Below the pieces are notes generated by a model. The model did not search any database and was not told the origin of the DNA. It was given only the letters and a program-made list of their open reading frames with translations. The position numbers were made by a program, and so were the translations under genes. From assembly GCA_050230475.1 (NCBI GenBank), contig JBFLGF010000008.1:1-64000 (forward strand): a stretch of 64,000 nucleotides of DNA. Direction: 5' to 3'. The stretch comes from Ancylonema sp. Lineage: Eukaryota. Of the stretch, positions 1 to 12,254 are shown one piece after another; the stretch's first letter is position 1; each line of letters begins with the position of its first letter.

Positions 1-559
1 TGGGACCGGGTAAGGACCCGGTTTCGGGCACCGTGCGGTCGACCCGCGGCGGGTGGGCATCCCGTTTTTAACGACGCGGTCGAGATCGGGGAACCCTCGG
101 GGATCGAAGTAGGGAACTGCAGATGCGGAATTTTGCTATACGAATCTTTTGTCATACGATCGTTAAAAGTCAGCAACGGTTCGCAAAATACAATTTTGGC
201 CGTTTGTCCTCATATGCTTCAACTTAAGTTCAAGTGTGATTCGGTATCAAAATGCTACGTCATGCCACGTGGTTATTCTTTTGTGCCCAGTTGTACCCCC
301 CGGCGATCGTGACACAGGCAAATTGTCCGGTTCACATGGCAAACGATCGGTTCGTGGTTGGCCAGTCGAACTTATCGTTGGTTGACGAACGCCACCGGCA
401 GCCACGTCCTCGCTGGTCGTTCAGTAAAAAAGGAGGACAGGGAGCGATTTCAGCTCAGTACAGCCAACTTCAGCAAGCAGATCCACCACAGACAGTAGTT
501 GCATTGCTCATCTGCTGCTCTACCTGTCTTCCTGCAACCTTCTCTGTTTTAAAGTAGAT

Positions 560-3500
560 ATGACAGGCGTTATTGAGACTGTCAAGCAGAAGCTGTCAGG
601 TTTGGTTGATGGAGATGACTGGGCCCCTCCAACTTTGAAAGCCAACTGGAATATCCTCAACGAGGATGAGGTACATTGCGTACAGCATGGAAGCACAAAT
701 ATTTGTTGCATCGAATTCCAGCCTAACAGCTTTGTTGAAATCTGTCCACCTTGGAGGATGTGTAAACTTAGCTTAGTCTAGCTTAGCCAGAATTAAAACA
801 TCCATATGAGTGCCACATTGTTCCATATGACCATCAGAACAAAAATTTACATCCCCGATTTTTACGTCTTTGATCTCAGCAGCATGATCCGTTCACGTTC
901 ATGGTTTGCTGTATACATTTGATGCTGGACATCCATATATTTCGAAGCGCGTAAAATACGCCCATGATTTTCGAAATCCTCATTCTTTACACTATGAATT
1001 TGGAAATAATTATCCGATGAGATGCATGCTGGAAGCATATATAAATCTGTGGGAACAACTAACATTCTGGTGCCAGGCCCTCCTGACGTAGTCAACTCGG
1101 ATAGTATCGGATCAGCGTGGCTTTCGGAGAGGAGCTACAAGGCTATTTTAATCGGTCAGGACCATAATGTACATGTGTAAAAGAATACCCACTGCTTGTC
1201 TATTGCTGCTTGTGCCTTGTTTCGCATTTGCAGTTAGCTCTGGCCAAAATGCTTCACGACCAGGATCAGGATCATCTATTTGAGCATTGGCCTGCAGAAG
1301 GAGAGAAGAATGCAGACAAGCACAGATTTTTTGACCAGGTACGTATTCCAATAGGCGTCGTTTTGTCTTTCATCGGGAGCTTTCTTTGCTTGCACCCTTT
1401 CCGCCAACATCAGGTGGTAGATTCCATAGGAGATCGCACGTACAAAATAATCACGCGTGTCTCTGCAGCTAGAGATATCCATGTTCGGAGATTCATGTGT
1501 CAACAAACTTCATCTGCCTTATCCTAACATGTAATTGTTTTTTTCGAATAATTTTGCAGGTGTCCAAACTCGATTCCAGTTGTCCTGGAGGGCTGTCCCA
1601 GTACGTCTCAAATGCCAGGAAACTCCTGGCAGATTCTAGAGACGGAAAGAATCCCTTCGATGGCTTCACTCCCTCGGTACAGAGTCCATAGTCCTTAACC
1701 CATTTTCGACACCGGGATATGGCCTCACCGAGGTGCCCCTTGATAGAGACACACGTGCCTTGTCGACTGTGTGACATATCTTGTTAGACGTCGTCAAATT
1801 CGGTTCCACACGAAGTTGCTACAGCCATGTAACAGAAGCTGAAACAAAAGCTGTTTTTTTAGAAGCTTCTGGTTCTGATATCTAGCAACTCCATGGTCAA
1901 CGCACAAGCTGATACGTGCCGTTTGTCATAGCCAAAGAATCCATATTTGTAGGAGCGGATAGGTCAAACTAACCGGTGTCAATCCTGGGGTACAGAGTTT
2001 GCGAACCACTTTTCACACATTGATGGGAAATCAGCTGGACTCTTATCATGCAATTTTCTGCATGCCATTGTGAACAGCCATAGTCATTTACCACTTGTGC
2101 ACGCGTGCAGGTTCCCACTGGTGAGAAGCTGGTGTTTGGAGATGAGAGTTTCATGAGATTCGAAGAGAGGGGAATCAAGGAAGCTAAGCATTCTGCGTTT
2201 GTGCTGGTGGCTGGTGGCCTCGGCGAACGTCTGGGATACAGTGGCATAACAGTGAGTGGAAACCTTCCATGTACCACACAACAAAAGTACGCAGTGATTC
2301 GGAGGATTGAGTCCAGAACGATTGCTAGTGGTCGTGCAAACTCTGAGATGGCTTGCTAGAGTACTTTAACACCACCATCACCCATGCCATGTCGCTCAAA
2401 ACCTGGGTCTGGGAGCAGGTGGCTCTTCCGAGTGAGACGACCACGGGAAAGTGTTTCCTGCAGCTTTACATTGAGAGCATTTTGGCGCTTCAAGAAGCCA
2501 GCCATGCAGCAAATCCTGGTAAGCTGTTGTCTCGCAAAACTGTCTTTTAAAAACATATGAATATAATGCTGTATGAAGATAGTAACACATGTAATCGCCG
2601 AGAACACGAGTACAATACATGTACTGAGGCTATATGGGAGGCCAAATCTACTTTCGTCATAGTACGGCTGAAGCTTACTGAGTCTATCCATCAATACATC
2701 CATTCATTCTTTCTATTGGGGATGGGGGGCTACCATGTCTTTGGTATCGATTGTTGGAGGCCCTTTCCATTGCTGTCCATTGACCTTTCTTCTGTCCTGC
2801 TGTTTCACTGCAATAGGTGAAGAGAAGAGCACCATCCCACTGGCCATCATGACGTCAGATGACACAGACTCGCGTACAAAGAACCTGCTTGAATCGGCTA
2901 ACTACTTTGGTATGAGCAAGGAGCAGGTCTTTCTTCTGAAGCAGGTACACTTTTCGATCCGATCCAGAACCTTTTTCCAGCAAAGATGTCGTCACAGGGT
3001 CTTACAGGTTTTCTAATTTCGCTCTGGATAAATATAACCTTACATCTGTCCCAAGTGAGAAGTTTTTTTGCAAATCCATCACTTGATTAACCCAAAAGAG
3101 CTGATTTGTGAGCAGGAAAAAGTGGCTTGCCTAGCTGACAACAATGCTGCGCTGGCTCCTGATCCAAAGGACCCTTACGCAATCCAGGTATGCTTATGAC
3201 CAGTCGATGTACTGGTATCTTAAAGCTCTCAGCAAATCCGGAAGGTGCACTGTCTTGTTTTGTTTTTTTAAGGGGATTAATATCAGACGAAATTCTAAAT
3301 CCTTCAAACAGACCCCGCCTGACAGACTACTGCCTGGTTGAGCATCAGAAATGGAGATATTTTCACCTCTAATTTGACTTCATCTGTCCATTGCCATGCT
3401 TGCCCTGTCAGACAAAGCCTCACGGTCACGGAGACGTCCACGTGCTCCTCCACCAGAGCGGGCTTCTTGCAGAATGGTACAAATATTTATCTCTCCTCCT

Positions 3501-6186
3501 CACTGCTCATCATTGAACTGCACCATGCTGTGAGACAATGAATATTGAACTCTTGACTACTGCTGGAAGCTCAATGGTGCACCTGACGAATCCTCTGTTC
3601 ATGGAATCTCAAGGTGTTCGTTCCAGGGTGGTACCTAACACTGTGCCGTCTGTACCTTCAGGGAGAAGGCCGGGCGGAAGTGGGTGCTGTTTTTCCAGGA
3701 CACCAACGGGCTCCTGTTCAAGGTAAGTCCCAAAGATCGTCACCAAAGACTCTTCCTCGACACGTATCAGGATGACACCCGAGAGCCGTAACTCTCCACA
3801 TAGGGTCGCATACGAGGGGAAGGTAAAATTTGAATTCCTTCACCCCTCTCTGGACATTTCCAGGCCGTCCCTGCTTCCCTCGGAGTCTCCGCTGCCCGCG
3901 ACTTTGACGTCAACTCGCTGGCTGTGCCTCGGAAGGCCAAGGAGTCCATTGGAGCCATTGCACGCCTCTCACACACGGATGGTAAGGGAACTGCGAATCC
4001 CAAGGGGATCCCTGCACCTGCAGATAGAAGCGAGGGGTGAATTGTCCAGTACCTGATCCAGATTGGTGCAGAATGGGGTCCCTTACCACTATACTGGATT
4101 CTGTTTTTTTTTGTGATTAAAATTGTTCTTTGAATAACAATGTCCTTCAATTGTCTCGCAAATTGCCAGCAAATTGTCCTTTTTTATATGGTCGCAGGCA
4201 GCGCCATGGTGATCAACGTGGAGTACAACCAGCTCGACCCTCTGCTGCGAGCGACCACCTTCCCGGAGGGGGATGTGAATGACGACTCAGGCTTCTCTCC
4301 CTTCCCGGGAAATCTGAACCAGGTTAACACTCCACCGCCGAATTGCAATCAACAGTTTTTTTCGGGAATAGTAACGCGTTGCACCCTGGATTTTGGCGAC
4401 TCTAATGTCTACAACTTCCTTTTTGATTGGCGCAGCTTGTCCTGAAGCTGAAGCCCTATTTGGAGGAGCTGAACCGCACCAAGGGCATGATCACAGAGTT
4501 TGTGAACCCGAAGTAAGTATGCCGCTTCCTCTCAATTCAGAAACCTTGCATGCATTCCCACAGACAGTTTGGTGGTCTTCAATACGTTGCCTGCCTCTGA
4601 GATTTCATACGCAAAACCGGGGTCTCCAAGTTTATATTTCTTCCGGCCTCAGTTGCGCAGTCAGAGTAAAAGTCAAGCCCCACAATCAAACATAATGCTT
4701 CCCTTGACATGTTGTACATCTCCATCATCTCAGTTCTGTATCTGTGTCTTCAGGTACAAGGATTCCACAAAAACCGTGTTCAAGTCCTCCACCCGCCTCG
4801 AGTGCATGATGCAAGACTACCCCAAGACCCTCCCGGCCTCCGCAAAAGTGGGGTTCACCGTCTGCGACGTCTGGCTGGGGTACTCCCCAGTGAAAAACAC
4901 TGCTGTAGACGCGGCTGCCAAGGTACAAACGCGCACCTACCCAGCTGGCAACCCCCCTCCTGTACTGCAGCAGCAGCTCCCTCCGATGTGTGTGTGTAAC
5001 TTATGAACTTATGAGACTTGATGTTTTTTGGGCGTGAGCAGCTGGCGTCAGGTACCCCCGCACACAGTGGCACATCTGGGGAGATGGACATCTACAGGGC
5101 CAACTGTCTCATACTCAAGATGGTAGGATTCTCTGAGCGAACTTTCTTGTGTTGCTCAAGCATTTCCACCCTCTCAAGGGGAAGCTAAGGCAGCCGTAGA
5201 CTTCCGTCGAGAATCACCAAGTGGCCAACGTTTTACGGGTGAAAGGCCTCTGAAAAAATGGCATCTTGCATATTCTCGATGCATGCCTTGAAGCAGACCT
5301 CAGCTGTTTAGTCGTCTACCTATTTAACTATCTAACTATTTTATCTATAATGTTATTCAGGTTGTACTCCCGCTCTAATGTTTCAACAGAAGCTCAGGTA
5401 GAGATGGTGTAAGATGAGAAGGGGCAATTTAAACGGATCAAGTGTCATATTGCTAATCTGGCAAATATATTATTTCGCGGCCGCTGTGTACCCAACCTGT
5501 CAAACAGAAAAACAATCTGCATCGACTCCCGCCATCGCCCCGTCAGTACAATCTGGATAAATCTGAGACCTATTTCTTGATGCTCTGTTCCGTGGTCACG
5601 CAGGCTGGTGCCGAAATCGCTGATCCGGAGCAAGTTGAATACAACAAACAGAGCGTGGAGGTGTACCCTCGGATCGTGTGGTCACCCTCGTGGGCCCTTA
5701 CCTTCGCTGATGTCAAGGCGAAGGTGGAGAAACTCAAGGTGTCTCAGAAGTCAACCCTGGTCCTGGAAGGGTCAAGCATCACCCTGAAGGACGTCACCCT
5801 GGATGGTGCACTCGTCATCAAGGCAGCTCCTGGGGCAAAGGTAAGAGTTGTGTTTTTTTGTTGCTGTTTTCCCTGAGTGTACTCATCATGGCTGACTCAT
5901 CATGGCAAGTAGATGACATCTTTGTGTTTAGAAGGCATGCAAGTTGACTTATTCTCTTTGGGATTCATTTTTGCTTGGTCTCTTACCGGGTGTCTCCCCT
6001 ACTGTTGTGGCTGGCCAGGTTGTGGTGTCAGGCTTGAAGGTGGAGAACAAAGGGTGGTTGTTAGAGCCCATCGACAACACAAACGAGAGTTTTCCAGAAG
6101 AGATCCGAGTGCGTGGCTTCAAAGTGAAAAAGGAGGAAAGCAAAGACGTTGTAGTGACGGAGGGCGAGAAAAGAGTCTCCGAGTAA
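560..6186 (+). CDS. USP: UDP-sugar pyrophosphorylase (multi-exon, about 16 exons)
   Basis: GT-AG exons join into USP motifs: [12 protein letters not shown] (exon 2111-2251), [71 protein letters not shown] at 560; last exon 6019-6186 ends EKRVSE*. Confidence 0.93.
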
Positions 6187-7119
6187 AGTAGAGTCCCCTT
6201 TTGAGGAAGAAAACATTTTTGGATACGTAGATAGTATTGGTGTAGCGTACTCACGAGAGATAGTCATGTGTTTGCATCAAGCGTTGCCTTAGCAGATTTT
6301 TGCCCCTACCGGTTTTGTAATGAAGTCTGTCAAACCTTACATTACTTCTTTTTGGTAATTGCCAAGTGCCATGACATGTGGTCATGAATATTGAGTTTTT
6401 TTAGATAGAGTGAGTTTGGCATTATTGCACAAGGATGGAAGACTGTCATACATGAGAGAACATGCATATGTCCGTATGCTAGAGACCATTCCATCATCTG
6501 TGTCATTTAGAAGGCAATAGGCCTCTCCATGTCAAATAACATGACGATTACATGAGATGACTATCTTTGAAAGTTGTACTCCACGAAAGTTCAACAATTC
6601 AGCACCTCAACTGTCTATGCGAAGCGTTCCACCAAACCAACCACTCATGCTCCTTACTCTCAGTCACAAACTACACGAAGCCGCCGGAAGGCTGTGCGCG
6701 ATTGTTCAAGTTTATTAGAGCAATTAGAGCGGTTTCCCACGGTTTGCCGCCCTTACGTAGTGGGCATGTTGTGTTGTTTTCCCAAAGTCAGAGGATTCCA
6801 CTCTGTCCTACATGGTCCCACAATGAGAAGGAGGAGGTGAAGAAGTACTAACACGGTCACGAAAACAGATTTCATCTGCAATGATTTTTCGGCGCTCACT
6901 AGAATCGCTATTTCTCCGCGAAAGAGCTCCTTTTGGGGTTTCACAAACCCGAGCGGTTCATGCTATTGAAATAACAACTTTGAGTATGATTGTAGAGGAG
7001 AGCATGTCCTTGATATTAGCATTTTTTGTCCTTTCGTATGTTGTGGAGTTGTGAACTCTGGAATCAACTTATACCCTAATAAAGCATTACTAAGAAGGTT
7101 GAAAAGTTTCGTTTAAAGT

Positions 7120-7240
7120 CATAGTTGCGTCCCGGACGCGAGGACCCCGGACGCGTCCGGGACGCAACTAAGATGGCAAAAAAAGGGAGTTTCGTTATGA
7201 AGTACAAATCTGGGGCGTCCGGGTCCGGGACGCAACTATG
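7120..7240. mobile_element. Short MITE, possibly hAT-type
   Basis: Perfect 18-bp terminal inverted repeat CATAGTTGCGTCCCGGAC (7120-7137 / 7223-7240), with an internal copy. The 8-bp flanks TTTAAAGT / TTTGTAGT match at 6/8 and look like a decayed TSD. Confidence 0.6.
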
Positions 7241-9074
7241 TTTGTAGTTAAACGACGCGGAAAATTACATTTCCCGCCAAAAATGCGGAAATGTTTTCCT
7301 CGTTTCTGCGGAAAAGTACATTTTTTAATTCCACAAAATTGTCACAGGAAAAACAAATGATAGCACAGATAGAAAATTTGCGGTTGCCCCTCACTTATGG
7401 TTGGTACAATTGCAAATATAATGGAATAACGATTTCAAAAAATATGGCACGGACTCTCTTTTTCAATTTGCTTGATTGCGCGATTTCATAAAGGGGTGCA
7501 CTTCGTTTGCCGAATGCTCATTAGAGAATATGAGTATAACCTTTAGGATCATAGAAGTTCAAAACATTCGCATCGAAGTGTTTGGGTAATGGAAACAAAG
7601 TACCAAAATCGAAAAAATGGTATGTCATCATTGTAAGTAGCATGTAAAGATCAGAGAGTAGGAATGTATCAAGACACGAAAATGTGAGCATTACCATATG
7701 TTAGCAACTAGGAAATGGATATTATGTTTCTCTAAGGTCACGAGTTCAACAAATTTGAATCAACACGTTGACATGATGGAAAAAGAGGAATATGATATTA
7801 TATTTTAAATGAAATTTCACTTTTTTTTGTGTCAAGTTGTAGAAATTTCCACAAGAAGGCTCTCTATGTATATGTTTTGTGAGGAGTTTTTCCAATGGAC
7901 CGCAACAAAAGAATTTGTGTCGAATTGTTTTCAGTTGCATACCCCGAAGACGGTCGTTACGTGGAAAAATCACTTTTTCCGACCAGGACGCCACTTTGGG
8001 GTGAACTGCTTCCATTTACAATCGGGTTTGGAAACGGTCCGCAGTTCTTGCAACTACGACTCAATGCCTTGCCCGGCTAGGTAGATAGTAGAGTGGCAAC
8101 ATACGGAAGGAATGCGATATGATACCGGTAGGGTAGGGTAAGGAATCGGTGGGGGAGCCATCGCACACCGGATAAAGTAAGGTACACATCGTAACGACGC
8201 TTCTTCTACTCTATTTAGTGCCGCTTCCCTCCCGTTGCTTAAAGTTTTGAACAAAGTGCCTCCCGACGGCATCGCTACCGCTTGCTTACCGCTTGCCTGC
8301 CGTTGCGCCACCTCGCCCTACCGCCTACCGACAGGCCAGATGGCAGAATTCTACCAAAATTCCCTACCGCCTACCGCACAGCCCGGTAGCCGGCAGAGTC
8401 CTGCGGTAGGGAGCTGATCACTACGGTACGTGGCAAGTTATTTGAGCAAGCGAAAATTTTGTGAAGGTTTCCTTGGCTACAATTGGTTCCCCTCGACAAT
8501 GTGGTTCCCTGTACGCCACGATGCATCTAGTTGCTGACAGCGCAGCTGTCGGTGCCACCTGTCCAACCAAACGCGTCCCGCGCCCAACATCGTGGATTCA
8601 AACTCTAAAGTCCTCCTCTCCCACATCGCGCTCGAAACCGAGTCAGCGCAGCCTCGCTTCTTTCTGATCCGATATTGCAGGGCACCCTGAAAGCATTTTA
8701 CTCGACATAACCTTTGGGCCTAGGATATTAATTGCTTCTCAGAAAACGAACATCTCGCAGTATTCGCAAGCTTTATCTCACACTGTAGTGTAGTATTACT
8801 TCGGCCTACGTGCCGTCTTCATCACCCCTGTCTCTTTATTGATGTGAATAGGAACGAAACGACGACTGGAAATTCGTATTTAGCGCGGGGAAGGAAAACT
8901 TTGCACACAGCCAGTAGTTTTCAAAGTACCTTTGTAGACACATCACTGTTATTGACTGCTCAGCTCAGATCCAGCCTTCCCTGCATTTCTCTCTAATAGA
9001 AAGTCTCTATGACTTCGTTTCACTCACTTCACAATGATTTGCTCATCCTTGCGCCATCGCTGGCCTTCCGAAAA

Positions 9075-10476
9075 ATGGAATTCGCTCCGACGATTTTTCT
9101 CTGTGCCGCTTTTGCAGTGGTCGCTAGTTCGGCTATGGTGATCGGCCAATATATTGTGGAAGCAGGAGGCTATCACCTCTTCTTATTCCTCGAAAAGCGG
9201 GGTCTCATTCATCGCTTTGCCCCACACATACCCGTTAAGGTACCTCGAATTCACTGCATCCAAATTGGATTTTCTGAACACCTAAGATATGATATGTTAT
9301 GACTTACTTCTTTATTTCTTTTCGGGTATCCGTAAGGCCGGGGGCCGGGGTCTTTGACGACTCATTGCGATTGGCTCCCTTTTCTGTTTGTATAAAGACA
9401 CGAGGACTACGATCCATGATCAGCATCAGTTGCATCTCGCACAGGATGACGTGTCAGGCTGAGGTAGCAAAACACTATCAGGGTGTCGATCGGAGGTCAT
9501 TAGGACGTGTAGCATACTAAAAAATAAAATTAAACCTCTGGTACTAGAACCACTTCATCAGCTCTTACGCCTTTTCCAATATTATATGAAGAAGACAGCC
9601 ACAATTTCAGTCTCATTTGTGATCCCTCCCCCTTCCATACTTCCTCCAGCTCACTCAATTCACCCTCCGAAACGCGTGGGCAGTTGGTGGTTCCCACCTT
9701 CCGCTATTCTTCGTACTCTGCCTCTTCCGCCGTGGCTTCCTCGCTCGCGCAACTCCCAGCTTCGACCCCTTACACGTGTGGAGCTTCGTGTGGGTGACCA
9801 TGGTGCTTCACGACGCCTGGTTCTTCTGGCTCCACACGTGTATGCACTGGTCGAAGCCGGTGTACAAACCACTGCACCAGGTCCACCACCAGAGTACCTC
9901 GGATCTGAACACGTTTGGAACCTCTTATGCCGGTCACTGCTCGACCATACAACTCCGCCTCTGGTAGATTATTTCGCACGTACGAAAGTTTGACGTCAGC
10001 GTGATGATCTGCTCGTCGGATGTCAGTAGCCTCCAGCATAGCCTCAATGTCTCCATAATGTCGGTCAGTGGACCCTGACGTGTCCGCGCCCCCCGCGTCC
10101 AATCTGTGCAGAGGCAGCCGAGTTCTTGTTCGATTGGTCCCTCTTCTACGGTTGCAACACGTGATTCCTCTACACTCTCCCCTCATGGAATCCAGTCGCA
10201 CTTCTCCTCACTTTCGTCCCCGTCAGTCTGGTCAACATAATGGGGCACTCTGGATACGACCTCCCCCCTTGGGTGTACCTCCCCCTGTCCTTTGGCATCC
10301 TCGCCACCCCTTGGTCGCAAAGATCCCGCAACCATTTCATTCACCATATCGACCCCCGTTATAACCGGTCGCTTTACTTCACTTGGTGGGATAGGATGGC
10401 GGGGACGTTCAGAGATGAGCATCGGTTGACAAGTGGAAAGGGCTTAGTGGAGAAAGTGGCTGCCGATAAGCAATGA
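9075..10476 (+). CDS. Sterol desaturase / fatty acid hydroxylase superfamily protein (contains an in-frame TGA, possibly a pseudogene)
   Basis: His boxes: HDAWFFWLHTCMH, LHQVHHQS (exon 9650-9932), GHSGY and NHFIHH followed by YNRSLYFTWWDRMAGTF (last exon 10112-10476). Start (9075 or 9009) and a middle exon near 9400-9463 are uncertain. Confidence 0.75.
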
Positions 10477-11859
10477 TGAGTAGGCGAAGACACGTGTGTT
10501 CAGGGACCTGAGGAGCGAACAATAGGTGTGTTTGCGCTCGGAAGTGCTATGTATTGTATTGTGTTGTAGGGGGTGTTGTTTCGAAAAAGAGGCGCGGTTT
10601 AGACGCACATCGAAGCGGCCAGAAAACAGCTGAATCTGAGGTCTGTAAATCGACGTTTTTATTCCAATTATATGATTGGGGGGGATACGAAGGAGGTTAG
10701 TAAGAGGGGGGGGGGGGGGAGGGAAGGGGGGTTGTAAGATTCACGACCAATATTGTGTATAGTGTACATAGCTGGGCCGTACGGAAGTGGTGCATGCCAC
10801 AGTTTGATGGATCGTGGAAGGATAAATAAGGTGCGAATGTATGCTATTCTGCATTCAAAATTTATGTGAAGCCGCACACGTAGAAGCAGGAGTAGAGTCT
10901 ATGTATTTTTGTCGGGAAGACGTGTCGAAGAAATTGTAGTGACAAGAATAATGTATTGTGTTTTTATTTACCCTTCCATGTACAACTGCGCATTTGAAAG
11001 ACGAGGTGTGGAGGATTGGGACAGTGTGGAGTAGATTGTTCACACGACAACTAACAAATATATCAGACTTATGATAGCCCTCTAGTTTCTCCAAATCACG
11101 ATATTGCAGATGGGCGTGACAAGGAACCGCATGGATAAGTTGTTACAATGCTCTTGGAAATGAGCTGGTCTTGCTGATGTTGAAGTTTACTCAACATTGT
11201 TGACAAGCTGTAATGAAACTCGCATTCGGAAAAAGAAAAAACTAGCGCATAACCTCAGTAACCACTTATATGAGATCTGGCAGATAACAAACATACCGTA
11301 ATTCGTAGGAAAGCCTGCGATTCCTAGAAAAGACTACACAGTATCGGAAATAGCAAAGTGATACAAGAATGAGAAACAAATGGAGGTTTAATTCTGCCTC
11401 AATCATTAATTAGGTATTGCAATCTACAATCGTTTAACACAATCATTGGTCCCACAAGGCCATCTGTATGGAAACTCAAGTATTAGGATTATTAGATACT
11501 GAGTATTATTATCACATACACAATGAATGATATAGTAGACAGAATGTATATATTATAATAACATATATTACATGAATATTTGTGCCTATGTGTGCCACCT
11601 GAAGCGGCAGTTGGTTACACCAACACGCAGATTTCAGATCTGGTCCTTTGGAACCTCTCAGTTAATCTTCCGGTTCAAAAGCCTTTCCCCTCCAAACCTG
11701 GTATGCCTCCCTGGGCCCAGCAGGAAGGAGGTAGTTCAGAAAGCCTAGAATGGCATACATTCAGTCACATGATCACTAATTCTCGTAGACCCAAATGCAA
11801 TGCAAACCTGAATGCTTGGATTTCGTTTCCCATCCCAAACCGATCTCAGATCCATAAAC

Positions 11860-12254
11860 CAACGAATCAACGAATCAACGAATCAACGAATCAACGAATC
11901 AACGAATCAACAAATCAACGAATCAACTAATCAACGAATCAACGAATCAACGAATCAACTAATCAACGAATCAACGAATCAACGAATCAACGAATCAACG
12001 AATCAACGAATCACCGAATCAACGAATCATCGAGTCAACGAAACAACGAATCAACGAATCAACGAATCAACGAATCAACGAATCAACGAATCAACGAATC
12101 AACGAATCAAAGAATCAACGAATCAACGAATCAACGAATCAACGAATCAACGAATCACCGAATCAACGAATCATCGAGTCAACAAATCAACGAATCAACG
12201 AATCAACGAATCATCGAATCAACGAATCATCGAGTCAACAAATCAACGAATCAA
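11860..12254. repeat. (AATCAACG)n 8-bp tandem repeat
   Basis: About 395 bp of slightly degenerate AATCAACG units, read directly. Confidence 0.97.

Noticed and set aside
8050..8422. hAT-like remnant with CTACCG subterminal repeats ending GATCACTA
   Set aside because: No matching opposite TIR or TSD could be defined.
10162..10164. Selenocysteine recoding of the TGA
   Set aside because: The position lies in a hydrophobic, non-catalytic segment, no SECIS was recognised, and a Trp-to-stop change or base-call error is simpler.
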